Of a DNA stretch of 64,000 nt, positions 52,808-63,332 are shown in pieces; position 1 is the first letter of the stretch, and the number at the start of each line of letters is the position of its first letter. The stretch is from Cyanophyceae cyanobacterium (GTDB taxonomy: Bacteria > Cyanobacteriota > Cyanobacteriia > Cyanobacteriales > Laspinemataceae): contig JBBQFN010000007.1 in NCBI GenBank assembly GCA_038321985.1, positions 142,323-206,322 on the forward strand, given 5' to 3'. The notes beneath the pieces were generated by a model. The model did no database searches, had not been told where the DNA came from, and was given only the letters and a program-made list of their open reading frames with translations. Made by a program: the position numbers and the translations under genes.

Positions 52808-52823
52808 TCTATCCTCAGATAGA
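52808..52823. promoter_or_regulatory. 16-bp palindromic operator candidate (best copy)
   Basis: TCTATC-CTCA-GATAGA, a perfect 6-4-6 inverted repeat between hcp and the receiver-HK. Confidence 0.6.
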
Positions 52824-53334
52824 ACTCTTTTTAATAATCTTTACTTAAATTATTTCATTGAATAGAAAAACTCGGAGCGATCGCTGTGGCTTTGATCCTC
52901 GATTCATTCCAGGCCCGGTTAGCCCCCCGAGGCGGTGGCTCCCCACTCCAGAACTGGCCCCTGCAAAGGATTATTCCTGCGGATAAAGAAAATTAACAGC
53001 GTTCCGATTCTGGGAGCCCATTCGGGATAACCCGGGATTAAATGCGATCGCCGGCGAACTTGTACCCGGGTAATTTGGCCTCGGATTGTAGCTACTGCTC
53101 TATAGCTAAGAAGGCGTAGAACTATAAGTAGCAACACTTTTGGCGACCATTAGACCACCCTAAAACGCTCAAAATCCCAAGCCCCCCAAAGAAATATCCC
53201 TTGCGCAACGCTATACCTTGAGTAAAATCCGATAAAATCCGTCTAAAGAGCGAGAACAGCAAAAGCGTTGGGGTGAGACAATCTCTTTACCACCCAAACT
53301 ACCTCTTTGAGCCAAGTCCAATTTTTATAGATAA

Positions 53335-54480
53335 ATGAGCGATCCCTCCTTGCCTCAAAACATGAAAACAGACCGCATCCTAGTTGTGGATGACTCTCCC
53401 GATAATGTCTTGTTAGTCAAAACCATTCTGGAAGAAGAGGGATATGACATCACTCAAGCCGATAGCGGCTATGCCGCTTTAGCCCAAATTGACGAATTAC
53501 CCCCAGATTTGGTATTGCTGGATATTATGATGCCGGGAATGGATGGCTATGAAGTCACTCGGCGCATACGCGGCAACAAGGCGTTACCCTTTATCCCCAT
53601 TTTGTTAATCACTGCTCACGATCAGCCCAGTGTTGTGGAGGGATTAGATCTGGGGGCTGATGATTTTATACGCAAACCTGTAGAACTCGATGAACTCTTA
53701 GCCCGAGTGCGGAGTTTGTTGCGCCTTAAGCATAGTGTAGACGAGCGAGATGAAATTGCCCGTCAGCGAGAGGATTTCGTATCTAGGCTCACCCATGACT
53801 TGCGGACTCCGTTAGTGGCTGCGGATCGGATGTTGACCCTACTCAAACAAGAGGCCCTCGGACCGATCACGCCTCCGATGGAAGAAGTCTTCACCACGAT
53901 GGCGCGCAGTAACCAGAATCTTTTGAAGATGGTGAATACTTTACTGGAAGTGTATCGCTACGAAGCCGATCGCAAAAACCTGAATTTTTCGATGGTGGAT
54001 ATGCCGCAATTGATTCAAGAAATTATCGAGGAACTTTTGCCGATCGCGCAGGAAAAAGAAACCCAAATCAGTATCAAGTATGGAAATGCTGTGGATGGAT
54101 CCGGTAAAACTGCGGGGTTGGTACGGGGCGATCGCCTAGAACTGCGTCGCCTCCTCACTAACTTACTGGGCAATGCTATCAAGTTTACCGACAATGGAAG
54201 CATCGAGATTCGCGTTACTGAAGATGCAACCCTTAAAAACACAGCAGGTCCCAAGTGTGTGGCCATTTCAGTAGTCGATAACGGGGCTGGGATTAGCGAG
54301 GCGGATCAATCTCTCTTATTTGAAAGATTTCTTCCCGGTAAGCATAAGCGCTCAGGCAGCGGTTTGGGGCTGCATTTGTGTAAACGAATTACCGAAGCCC
54401 ATAATGGCACCATTGATGTCGAGTCAATTCTAGGCAAAGGTAGCGTATTTAGTGTGCGCTTACCGGCTTGGAAAAGTTGA
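53335..54480 (+). CDS. Hybrid response regulator-histidine kinase (REC-HisKA-HATPase)
   Basis: VVDD, LLDIMMPGMDG, KP, THDLRTPL and GSGLGL. Confidence 0.92.
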   Translation: MSDPSLPQNMKTDRILVVDDSPDNVLLVKTILEEEGYDITQADSGYAALAQIDELPPDLVLLDIMMPGMDGYEVTRRIRGNKALPFIPILLITAHDQPSVVEGLDLGADDFIRKPVELDELLARVRSLLRLKHSVDERDEIARQREDFVSRLTHDLRTPLVAADRMLTLLKQEALGPITPPMEEVFTTMARSNQNLLKMVNTLLEVYRYEADRKNLNFSMVDMPQLIQEIIEELLPIAQEKETQISIKYGNAVDGSGKTAGLVRGDRLELRRLLTNLLGNAIKFTDNGSIEIRVTEDATLKNTAGPKCVAISVVDNGAGISEADQSLLFERFLPGKHKRSGSGLGLHLCKRITEAHNGTIDVESILGKGSVFSVRLPAWKS

Positions 54481-54766
54481 GAAATTCGGGGTTTATTATA
54501 GCCAAAGCATCAACTCAGGGTATTAAGTTTAAGGGCAAATTCAAGGAGGTCGAGCGCCCTAATCTGCAATCCCTTAATCACAGAAGGGGAGAGGGGCGCT
54601 CAGTTGCGATCGCGCTACAGCAGCAAGGGGGAAATGTTCCGCCATCCATTTCTTCCAGGGGATGTTGATCAACCTTCAACCCAGTTTTGAGGGGGTATGG
54701 AAAGTTACCTGTGTAGATGAAAGCTGCTATAACAGGTGCAGACGTTTTTGAACTCACCCTAAATAA

Positions 54767-55882
54767 ATGACTATGGAAACCTTTGCCTATCTTCAATTAT
54801 TCCTGGTCTATGATACTCCTTCCGCCCCCTTAGAACCCCTGGTCCCAGGGATCAGAAAATTTTTTGGGGGATTCAACGGGAAAAAATTTTCTAGCGCTGG
54901 TTTGATTCGCCTGTTCTGCGTAGCCATCAACATAGCACTACTGAGCATGGCAACCCAAACCCTCGCCTACCAACGAGGAGAGCAGAGTGAGGCGGTTCGC
55001 TCGATCCAAGTCCGCTTGCAGCAGTTAGGCTATTTTAATACAGAACCCACCGGCTTTTATGGTGAGGTAACGGAGCAAGCCGTAAACAGTTTTCAGCGGG
55101 ATAACAGCTTGCTGGTTACCGGGCGAGTAGATCCGGGAACCTTGACGGCGATCGAGCGATTATTGCGGCCCGCCCCGCCTCTAGGCCAAATTACTCAGGT
55201 CGGAACGGACAATCGGTTGCTCCGTTTCGGGGACTCAGGCTTGCAGGTCAGTGTCCTCCAGGACCAGTTACAACAGTTGGGATATTTGAATCGTGGCGCT
55301 ACAGGTCAATTTGATTCCGAGACACAACAGGCGGTTTTGCGCTTCCAACAGGCATTTAATCTCCAGCAGACGGGTCAGGTCGGACCAACCACTCGCGGGG
55401 TCTTAGACCAGCAATTAGCTCGGATTCCAGCGACTCAGCCCTGGCAACCTGTAACGCCGATTGCTACCGCAACGTCAAACGGGATGTTGAAGCTGGGCGA
55501 TCGCGGAATTGCCGTGAAATCTCTTCAGGAACGTTTAATTACCGCCGGCTATCCCATCGGCACGGCGGATGGCACCTTTGGCCCGCGCACGGAAGAAGCC
55601 CTCAAACTGTTTCAATCCAGTTATGGGTTAGTCCCCAGCGGGGTTGTCAGTGTTGACACTCGCCAATCTTTGGATCGAAAGTTTTATGTGGTAGTCCTTC
55701 CCAAGCGCACTAATTTTTCCCTCAACGCGGTGCGTGAGATTTTTCCCGAGGCGTTCGAGGCCGAGAACCGCTTAGGTAATTATATTCATGTGGGGTCCTA
55801 TTTACGCCGAGAAGTGGCGGAAAACCGCTCGCGACTTTTGAAACAGCGGGGGCTAGTGGATGCGCGAGTGGCTTTTTTCTAA
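54767..55882 (+). CDS. Secreted protein with three peptidoglycan-binding domains (Alr1690-like)
   Basis: Three repeats of G..G..V..LQ..L...GY...G.FG..T..A...FQ....L...G.V; convergent with fur. Confidence 0.88.
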   Translation: MTMETFAYLQLFLVYDTPSAPLEPLVPGIRKFFGGFNGKKFSSAGLIRLFCVAINIALLSMATQTLAYQRGEQSEAVRSIQVRLQQLGYFNTEPTGFYGEVTEQAVNSFQRDNSLLVTGRVDPGTLTAIERLLRPAPPLGQITQVGTDNRLLRFGDSGLQVSVLQDQLQQLGYLNRGATGQFDSETQQAVLRFQQAFNLQQTGQVGPTTRGVLDQQLARIPATQPWQPVTPIATATSNGMLKLGDRGIAVKSLQERLITAGYPIGTADGTFGPRTEEALKLFQSSYGLVPSGVVSVDTRQSLDRKFYVVVLPKRTNFSLNAVREIFPEAFEAENRLGNYIHVGSYLRREVAENRSRLLKQRGLVDARVAFF

Positions 55883-55907
55883 GGGGTTGAATGGGTAAAT
55901 TCTGCCC

Positions 55908-56363
55908 CTAAATCGGCAACAATGTGCGCTGACAGGTTGGACAAACTGCATGAATGGTGAGCTGACAATCTAGCAGGTGGTATCCTTCTTTAGTGGTGGT
56001 TTTAACGCCGACTTTTAAGATGGAGTCACTTTTAAATTCAATCGTTTTGTTGCAGCGCACACAAATTAGATGGTGATGATGGTGAGGATGGGGTTGATTA
56101 ATTTCGTAATGTTTGTGTCCTTCTGCTAACTCTAATTCCCGTAAAATTCCCATCCTCGCCATCAATTTGACCGTGCGATAGATGGTAGATAAGCTGATTC
56201 CCTCTCCTTGCTCTTGCAGAAGTTCGTAGAGGTCTTCAGCACTAAGATGCTCACCTTTCGGAAGATTTTGAAAGACCTGTAAAATCGTTTCTCTTTGAGG
56301 GGTTAAGCGCCAACCCCTTTCGTTCAATTCTGCCTTAAGTGAGGACGCTGTGTAGAAAGACAT
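55908..56363 (-). CDS. furA: Ferric uptake regulator FurA
   Basis: GWRLTPQRE, SLSTIYRT, HHHHHLICVRC and CPTC. Confidence 0.95.
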   Translation of the reverse strand: MSFYTASSLKAELNERGWRLTPQRETILQVFQNLPKGEHLSAEDLYELLQEQGEGISLSTIYRTVKLMARMGILRELELAEGHKHYEINQPHPHHHHHLICVRCNKTIEFKSDSILKVGVKTTTKEGYHLLDCQLTIHAVCPTCQRTLLPI

Positions 56364-56442
56364 AGCAACCTTCTTCTCTTCTCAAGAAACCCTCTCTATT
56401 GAGAAGAATACACAATAAATTAAGAATTTGCAACAAACCTCA

Positions 56443-56459
56443 ATTATTGAGAATTATTA
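56443..56459. promoter_or_regulatory. Putative FurA box (autoregulation)
   Basis: ATTATTGAGAATTATTA (reverse complement TAATAATTCTCAATAAT), about 80 bp upstream of furA; resembles cyanobacterial FurA sites. Confidence 0.5.
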
Positions 56460-56897
56460 GCACCAACCAAATTTTTTAGTTTCCCGGCCCTCAAATCAAG
56501 AACAGGTAAGGGTTCTGGAGAGGGCAAGGCGATCGCCTAGGATAAGGGACTTTGTTTAAACTTGGAGTTTAACCCAAATCACCCGATCTACCAAATCCCT
56601 ACTCTGAGGGCAGTCGGCGAACTATAGACCCGGATAACTTTAAGTTTTGTAACAAATTTAAGTCCAGGGAACTTTACCGCAGGTCTACCCGGAATACTCA
56701 GGCCCCGCGATCGCAAAAATCGCCTTCCCGACTGGTGAAAGGCGATCGCCATATTAAGCAGTAGATAGTCCCCCTTGTCATGGCACGCAGGGGGGATAAA
56801 ATTATTTGAGCAACCACCCCTCACCCTGACTCATGAGGCGATCGCACCCTTGCCAACCCGGAGTCCTGGAACTCCCCTGAAGCGATGAGCAATCCCT

Positions 56898-58157
56898 CTA
56901 ACTCAACAATTCCAGATAATCCCGGACGCGGTTGCGTCGCTTCGGTTGCCGCAACTTTTGCAGGGCTTTGGATTCAATTTGACGGACGCGTTCCCGGGAC
57001 AAATCCAGAGCCCGACCAATTTCCGCTAAAGAATACGGATGTCCATCCGTCAACCCAAACCGCATCCCAATCACATCTCGTTCCCGACTGGTTAAATCCG
57101 CCAAGAGGTGATGCAGTTCACGATGCAGGGCTTCTTGCATCAACTTTTCTTCCGGAGAAATATCGTCAGTTTCGAGTAAATCTCCCAATTCCGTATCTTT
57201 TTCCTTGCCAACCTTGGTTTCCAAAGAAACAGACCGAGGGACTCGCAATAAAACGTCCCGGACTTGCGCCGGAGTCATCTCTAATTCCTTGGCAACATCT
57301 TCGATGCTGGCAGTCCGGCCTTTTTCTTGAGACAGCTTGCGCTGGGCTTTTTTAATTTTATTAAGCTTTTCGGTAATATGTACCGGCAAGCGAATCGTGC
57401 GACTTTGGGTGGCGATCGCCCGGGTAATCCCTTGACGAATCCACCAGTAGGCGTAGGTACTAAACCGGTATCCCTTTGTCGGATCAAACTTGTCAACGGC
57501 CCGTTCTAGCCCTAGAGTTCCTTCTTGGACTAAATCCAAAAGCTCTAAGCCTCGGTTTTGATACTTCTTCGCGACGGAAACCACAAGGCGGAGGTTGGCC
57601 TCAATCATGTGCTCCTTGGCGCTAATTCCTTCCGATTGGGTGCGTTCCAGTTCCTCGACCGTCAAAGATGCGAGTGCCGCCCATTGACGTTTCCCAGCGG
57701 CCAAAATCGGCTTGAGGTCAGTGACTTGCTCTCCGGATTCAGCCGCCCATCGTTCTAAGGAGGGTCGATGGCCTAAGTGGGAGGCAAGGCGATCGCGGGT
57801 GTCCACTAGCCGAACATAGCGTTGCAGTTCGGGATTTTCCTCGGTAGCAGCCGCATCACGCATCTCTTTGATCTGCATATAGCGCTGTACTCTTTGGGCT
57901 TCCCCCACCTCTTCTTCACGCCCCAGTAAACGCACGCGCCCAATTTCCTGGAGGTACAACCGAACCAGATCCGTGGTGCGACGAGTGGGGGCTTGAGAGA
58001 TTTCAACGGTGTCCGGTTCCTCCATTTCCAACTCCACTTCAAAGGGAGGAATGGAAGTCAGGTCTAAATCATTGTCCTCTGGGTCATCAAGATCGAAGTC
58101 CGAGGGCAATAATGGATTGTCGTCTTCTGTATTCGGGTAAAAAGAAATTCCTGGCAT
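56898..58157 (-). CDS. sigC: Group 2 RNA polymerase sigma factor SigC
   Basis: TTDLVRLYLQEIG, ANLRLVVSVAKKY, GYRFSTYAYWWIRQ and SRERVRQIE; N-terminus MPGISFY; synteny with furA. Confidence 0.88.
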   Translation of the reverse strand: MPGISFYPNTEDDNPLLPSDFDLDDPEDNDLDLTSIPPFEVELEMEEPDTVEISQAPTRRTTDLVRLYLQEIGRVRLLGREEEVGEAQRVQRYMQIKEMRDAAATEENPELQRYVRLVDTRDRLASHLGHRPSLERWAAESGEQVTDLKPILAAGKRQWAALASLTVEELERTQSEGISAKEHMIEANLRLVVSVAKKYQNRGLELLDLVQEGTLGLERAVDKFDPTKGYRFSTYAYWWIRQGITRAIATQSRTIRLPVHITEKLNKIKKAQRKLSQEKGRTASIEDVAKELEMTPAQVRDVLLRVPRSVSLETKVGKEKDTELGDLLETDDISPEEKLMQEALHRELHHLLADLTSRERDVIGMRFGLTDGHPYSLAEIGRALDLSRERVRQIESKALQKLRQPKRRNRVRDYLELLS

Positions 58158-58596
58158 GGTGATCTTCTCAGCGTCTCCAGGTGATCGGTGGTTTGCGGTT
58201 CTTGAGTGCCTTGTTATCAATATTCCCTCAATTGGAGACTTCATGTCACCCCGGATCGTTCCGTTACATAACGTTACTATCAGCTAGAACGTGAGTCACA
58301 TAAGGGATTTGGCGGTTTAATTGCATTAACCCTGCGGCTAATTACTTTATTCGGCCTTCTAGAATTCGGAACATTTTACCTCAAAGAGGAGGGTTCTTTG
58401 TTAAGAACCGGAAAATTTCTTTTTTTGGCGAACCTTACCCGCAAGTATAGGAAGTATTACCTTAAGTTGGGGTGACTTCTATCAGCCCCTTCATTAATTT
58501 TCATCACCGATCGCAATGGTTCCGGATCACGGGGGGTGAGAATTGAGATCACAGGCTCACCCGTCAGGGCCGATTTAAGGTAAGGAAAGTAAGACC

Positions 58597-59583
58597 TTAC
58601 TCGGGCTTGATATCGCGCAGCATCAGGGCTTCAACCGCATCTTTTGGGGAAATTTGGCCGGCGAGTAACTGATGCACCTGATAAGAAATGGGGACGGAAA
58701 TCTTTAGGGCTTTGGCCCGTTGAATTAACACCTGGGTTGTATTAACCCCTTCCGCAGTCCCTTCTAAATTAGGCAAAATTTCGGCTAGGGTCTTGCCTTG
58801 TGCCAGTTGATAGCCCACTTGGTAATTGCGGCTTAGGGGGCTGTTGCAGGTGGCAAGTAAATCCCCAAGTCCTGACAATCCATAAAAAGTTTCCGGCTGC
58901 GCGCCCCAATGGGTGCCAATGCGAATGATTTCTGTCAGCCCTCGGGTGAGTAAAGCAGCTTTAGCATTTGTGCCGAGTTGGAGACCATCGCAGACCCCCG
59001 AGGCGATCGCCATGACATTTTTTAGGGTTCCTCCCAGTTCTACCCCCAAAGGGTCTGGATTGGTATAAACTCGAAAGTTGCTAGAGGAAAACACCTCCTG
59101 CACTCGGATGGCAGCACGCTGATCATTACTGGAAACCACTGTTGCTGCGGGTAATCCTTGTTGAATTTCCTTAGAAAGATTGGGTCCAGCTAACACCACC
59201 ACAGAGCGATCTTTAAATGCCTTTTGCCACAGTTGGGCAGCAGTACAGGTCGTCTCTGGGTCTAATCCTTTCGTTGCCGTTACGATAATTGTATCTGGGG
59301 CAATGCCCAGGGCGGTAACTTGAGACACAACGGAGGCAACTCCTTGCATGGATATCGCAGACAGGAGAATATTTGCTCCCGCGACAATTTCCTCTAAGGT
59401 GCGATTGTCGAGTTCCTCCTCGCCGCCCGGGGCATCGCTGTGCTGACTGCCCCGGCGGGACCAATATGCCACCGGATGACCATTTTGCCTCACTAAATGT
59501 CCCAAAGTCCGCCCCCAAACTCCAGCCCCCAAAATTCCCAGGGTCTTAGGTTTAGTGTCGGGGAAAGCAACCTTATCATCCAT
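58597..59583 (-). CDS. gpsA: NAD(P)H-dependent glycerol-3-phosphate dehydrogenase
   Basis: GAGVWG, ATKGL, GPNLS.E, GGTLKNV.AIA.G, SGLGDL.ATC.S.LSRN and EGVNT. Confidence 0.95.
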   Translation of the reverse strand: MDDKVAFPDTKPKTLGILGAGVWGRTLGHLVRQNGHPVAYWSRRGSQHSDAPGGEEELDNRTLEEIVAGANILLSAISMQGVASVVSQVTALGIAPDTIIVTATKGLDPETTCTAAQLWQKAFKDRSVVVLAGPNLSKEIQQGLPAATVVSSNDQRAAIRVQEVFSSSNFRVYTNPDPLGVELGGTLKNVMAIASGVCDGLQLGTNAKAALLTRGLTEIIRIGTHWGAQPETFYGLSGLGDLLATCNSPLSRNYQVGYQLAQGKTLAEILPNLEGTAEGVNTTQVLIQRAKALKISVPISYQVHQLLAGQISPKDAVEALMLRDIKPE

Positions 59584-59604
59584 CAGTTTTCCTCTCTTTT
59601 TCCC

Positions 59605-60501
59605 CTAGACAGTTTGACGGTTGCGGCTAGAGACGCGAGGATACCGTTCCATCAACGCCCGCACTTGCTCTGCATGATAGGAACTGCGCGTCAAGGGAGA
59701 GGCCACAATTTGTAAAAATCCCCAGGACTCCCCGAGTTGCTGCCATGCCGTAAATTGTTCTGGGGTGACCCAGTTGGCAACGGGTAAATGTTTCGGGGTC
59801 GGTTGTAAATATTGACCCAGGGTTAAAATATCGCATCCTACCGCGCGTAAATCTTGCAGGACTTGCTTAATTTCCTCATCGGTTTCCCCGAGTCCGAGCA
59901 TAATTCCAGATTTGGTGTACAACCCCGGGGCCAGTTGTCGCGATCGCCGCAATAATTCTAAGCTGCGCTCATAGTTGCCTTGGGGACGCACTCGGCGATA
60001 GAGGCGCGGCACAGTTTCTGTATTGTGGTTAAGCACTTCCGGTTCTGCCTTCAGAATCACGTCCAGGGCTTGCCAATTTCCACATAAGTCGGGGATTAAT
60101 ACTTCAATGGTAGTTCCAGGGGAAGCGGCACGAACTTCTTCAATACAGCGCCGGAATTGGTCCGCCCCTCCATCAGGCAAGTCATCTCGATTTACTGAAG
60201 TAATTACAATATGATTGAGCCGCATCCGCCGGACCGCTTCTGCTAACCGGACGGGTTCCGTGGGGTCTAGGGCTTGGGGTTTTTTCTCAAAATCGATATC
60301 GCAATAGGGGCAGGCACGGGTACAAGCTGGCCCCATAATCAGGAAAGTGGCGGTGCCGTTGTTGAAGCACTCTCCGATATTGGGACAGGATGCCTCTTCA
60401 CAGACGGTGTTGAGGGCTAAATCCCGCAATATCTCCTTAACGCTGCCGACGCGCTCCCATTGCGGGGCTTTAACCCGCAGCCAATCTGGTTTTACACTCA
60501 C
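59605..60501 (-). CDS. lipA: Lipoyl synthase
   Basis: [20 protein letters not shown] radical-SAM motif and RSSYHA. Confidence 0.97.
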   Translation of the reverse strand: MSVKPDWLRVKAPQWERVGSVKEILRDLALNTVCEEASCPNIGECFNNGTATFLIMGPACTRACPYCDIDFEKKPQALDPTEPVRLAEAVRRMRLNHIVITSVNRDDLPDGGADQFRRCIEEVRAASPGTTIEVLIPDLCGNWQALDVILKAEPEVLNHNTETVPRLYRRVRPQGNYERSLELLRRSRQLAPGLYTKSGIMLGLGETDEEIKQVLQDLRAVGCDILTLGQYLQPTPKHLPVANWVTPEQFTAWQQLGESWGFLQIVASPLTRSSYHAEQVRALMERYPRVSSRNRQTV

Positions 60502-60618
60502 GCTACGCCCTAAAATTTTTTAAAAGACATCATCCTTATGATACTGGCCTAGCGCTCACCTCGCTCTTCGGGGCGATCGCCCGGGGCAACTTTTCTTAGA
60601 CAGTCGGACAAAAATTGC

Positions 60619-60648
60619 TTGACAAATCTGCCTAGAGGGACATAGACT
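60619..60648 (+). promoter_or_regulatory. Sigma70-type promoter of tRNA-Pro
   Basis: TTGACA-N18-TAGACT, ending 19 bp before the tRNA. Confidence 0.65.
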
Positions 60649-60667
60649 AATAAATGGTCATAAATTA

Positions 60668-60741
60668 CGGGATGTGGCGCAGCTTGGTAGCGCACTTCGT
60701 TCGGGACGAAGGGGCCGCTGGTTCGAATCCAGTCATCCCGA
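60668..60741 (+). tRNA. trnP: tRNA-Pro(CGG)
   Basis: CGGGATG/CATCCCG acceptor stem, CTTCG-TTCGGGA-CGAAG anticodon arm, GGTTCGAATCC T-arm; CCA not encoded. Confidence 0.97.
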
Positions 60742-61005
60742 TTTTTAGGTAAGGGAATTTTAGAAGGGCTTATTCATAGCCTGAATGTTGTCGGCGATCG
60801 CCCAAGGTCGTCGGCAATTATTTTTTTACGGCACTGGCGGTTCTAAAATTCTTTGTAGAGAGATAATTCTCAAAAAGCGCCTTCTTTTCTTCAAAATGAT
60901 CAGGGAGAATGATCCCAACCGATTTAGACTATTTTTACACCCTAAAAGCGCTCTATTTCAGAAAAATCTAACCCAGTTCTACTAGGTCCCTCCACCGATG
61001 GCATA

Positions 61006-62430
61006 ATGAACCAACCCGTGTTAATTTCAACCGCTCTAGGCTTAAGTACACCGGATGTTGAGGCGCTCATTCAAGGGGCTACCATTGCCGCCGTGGCGGA
61101 AATTTTTCTGGATCCGGGTCGCGAATTTGCCCTCTATCCCTTGAGTGATTCCGGTCCCCGACTGCGGCGAGAACCCCCCGGTGAACCCCAGGATCTCTTG
61201 GAAACGGTCCTGATCGCCGCCGTTGCCCGGTGCGAAGGATGCCAAACCATCACTGAACCGGATTCTTTAGCCCTGCTGTCTCGATTAACCCTGTGGACTT
61301 TAGAAGACTTAAGGCAAATTCTCCAGGACCAGGGTGCTATTTTTCTGGCTCACTTGCGCGTGTATCGACTCCCCGGGGCAGTCACCTCAGGGTGCCATTT
61401 TCCCAACCCAGACCGCATGGGAGCCACAATAGCCTTACCGATGCCCATTCCGGTAAATGATTCCGTGCCGGTTTTGAGCGATCGCACCTTTGCATCCCGT
61501 CGTTCTCAACTTGAACATCTGCTAGTCCCCCTACATCCTGAATTAGATGTCTTGCAAAAGGCGATCGCTCAACTTGCTCGTTCTCAACCCACCGCAGAAG
61601 ACCTCGACCAAGATTTGCAGCAATTTCTCGGATTGGGAAATTCTGTTTCCTTTACCCCAGAAGATCCGGATTTATCCTGGATTACCACAATCGTTACTGT
61701 CGGCAATTCTCAAGATGCTCAGGGGTTTGAAAAGCTGGTACGGCAAGGGCTGCTGAAATTAGGGTTTAGCGGTCCCGAACTCATTCCTGACTCCAGCGTG
61801 GCGGGGGGAGGATTCGATTTTTATTGCGAAACGCCATATCTTATGGTAGGACAGTGTAAAGTAAAAAACCCCAAAACCGCGATCGTACAGAATCCCGCTC
61901 AACTGCTAACAGAGGCTATAAATTATCTCGGAACAGAACGATACGAGCGAGCAATTAAGTTGATCGTCGCGGCTGGAGAGTTAACTTTGGATGGGCTAAA
62001 AGTGGAAATTAAAAATCAGATGAGCGTCATCCGTCCCGAAACCCTGCAAAGTTTAGTTCAATTGCAAACTAAATATAAAGGTTCCGTGGATTTGCTCAAA
62101 TTAAAGCAGTGTTTGCGTCAAGACCCTTATGGATGGGCCGACGATAAAGTTAATAGTTATATTGATAAAATCAAAGAATCAATTGAGTTGCGATCGCGCA
62201 TTATTAAGCTAGTTAAACGACACCTAGAAAATGCCCGATTAGAACTGGCGGGGGTAGAAGCCCTTCATGCCTTATATGTCAGCTATAACCCCCATCATTT
62301 TATCCCCTTAAAAGAAATGCATGAAATTTTAATTGAACTAGCTTCTCCCCTCACGGGATACTTGGGGCGAATTAAAGGAAGTGATTGGCATAGCGATCGC
62401 TTTTACTATCTGCGAGATTTATCCCTTTAA
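61006..62430 (+). CDS. DUF1802-like domain fused to an Mrr-like PD-(D/E)xK nuclease domain
   Basis: N-terminal EALIQG...FALYP...LW...LRVYRL; central FEKLV...LGF...GGFDFYC...VGQCK. Confidence 0.7.
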   Translation: MNQPVLISTALGLSTPDVEALIQGATIAAVAEIFLDPGREFALYPLSDSGPRLRREPPGEPQDLLETVLIAAVARCEGCQTITEPDSLALLSRLTLWTLEDLRQILQDQGAIFLAHLRVYRLPGAVTSGCHFPNPDRMGATIALPMPIPVNDSVPVLSDRTFASRRSQLEHLLVPLHPELDVLQKAIAQLARSQPTAEDLDQDLQQFLGLGNSVSFTPEDPDLSWITTIVTVGNSQDAQGFEKLVRQGLLKLGFSGPELIPDSSVAGGGFDFYCETPYLMVGQCKVKNPKTAIVQNPAQLLTEAINYLGTERYERAIKLIVAAGELTLDGLKVEIKNQMSVIRPETLQSLVQLQTKYKGSVDLLKLKQCLRQDPYGWADDKVNSYIDKIKESIELRSRIIKLVKRHLENARLELAGVEALHALYVSYNPHHFIPLKEMHEILIELASPLTGYLGRIKGSDWHSDRFYYLRDLSL

Positions 62431-62558
62431 AAAATAAAATCTCACTTGATTGGTTTAATTGCTTTGTAATTTTAATAAAATCGGGTTTCAATTTATTTTC
62501 TAATCCCCCCATTCTCTAACCCAGTGGGGGTTTTTCCGACTCAACCCTATTAATCTAA

Positions 62559-63332
62559 ATGGAAAAAATCGCTCGGTATCGTGGATGTCTTCTCGGTTTA
62601 GCCGTGGGAGATGCACTGGGAACTACCTTAGAATTTAAACAACCGGGTACCTTTATCCCTATCACGGATATGGTGGGCGGAGGGATTTTTAACCTAAAAC
62701 CTGGACAATGGACTGATGATACGTCAATGGCTTTATGTCTAGCAGAAAGTCTCATCGAAAAAAACGGTTTTGATGCAGTTAATCAGTTGGAAAAGTATTT
62801 ACAATGGAAGGAAACTGGATACCTGAGCAGTACCGGGGACTGTTTTGATATTGGAAATACAGTACAGGAAGCCTTGGGGAGATTTCAGGAGACAAGAAAC
62901 CCTTATTGTGGTGTTCCGGATGCCCATAGTGCGGGGAATGGTTCTCTAATGCGGTTAGCACCTGTTCCGCTATTTTATGCAAACAATCCTAATCTGGCGA
63001 TCGCTAAATCAAAAGACAGTTCACGCACCACCCATGCCGCAGCCACAGCGGTTGATGCTTGTCGATATTTTGCCGGATTAATTGTCGGCGCAATCCACGG
63101 AATCAGTCGAGAAGAATTACTTTCGTCCTACTACAGCCCAGTTTCAGGCTATTGGCAAAAACATCCCTTAGTTCCAGAAATTGCCGAGATTGCTGCCGGT
63201 TCTTTCAAAACTCGTCAACCGCCCACGATTCAAGGCACGGGTTACGTCGTCAAATCTTTAGAAGCAGCATTGTGGGCTTTTTATCACAGTCAATGTTTTG
63301 AACAAGGTTGTTTATTAGCGGTTAATCTAGGG
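62559..63332 (+). pseudogene. ADP-ribosylglycohydrolase (DraG/ARH family) interrupted by IS1
   Basis: [16 protein letters not shown] and GNGSLMR present. Homology stops at AVNLG, where the D-x-D-T metal motif should follow and the IS end begins instead. Confidence 0.85.

Larger units (their letters stand above)
1..63010. repeat. HIP1 octamer GCGATCGC dispersed throughout
   Basis: Very many copies in coding and intergenic DNA (e.g. 1132, 1420, 8482, 28595, 48433); not counted exactly. Confidence 0.95.

Noticed and set aside
56885..57355. 156-aa plus-strand ORF
   Set aside because: Antisense to sigC with no recognisable motifs.
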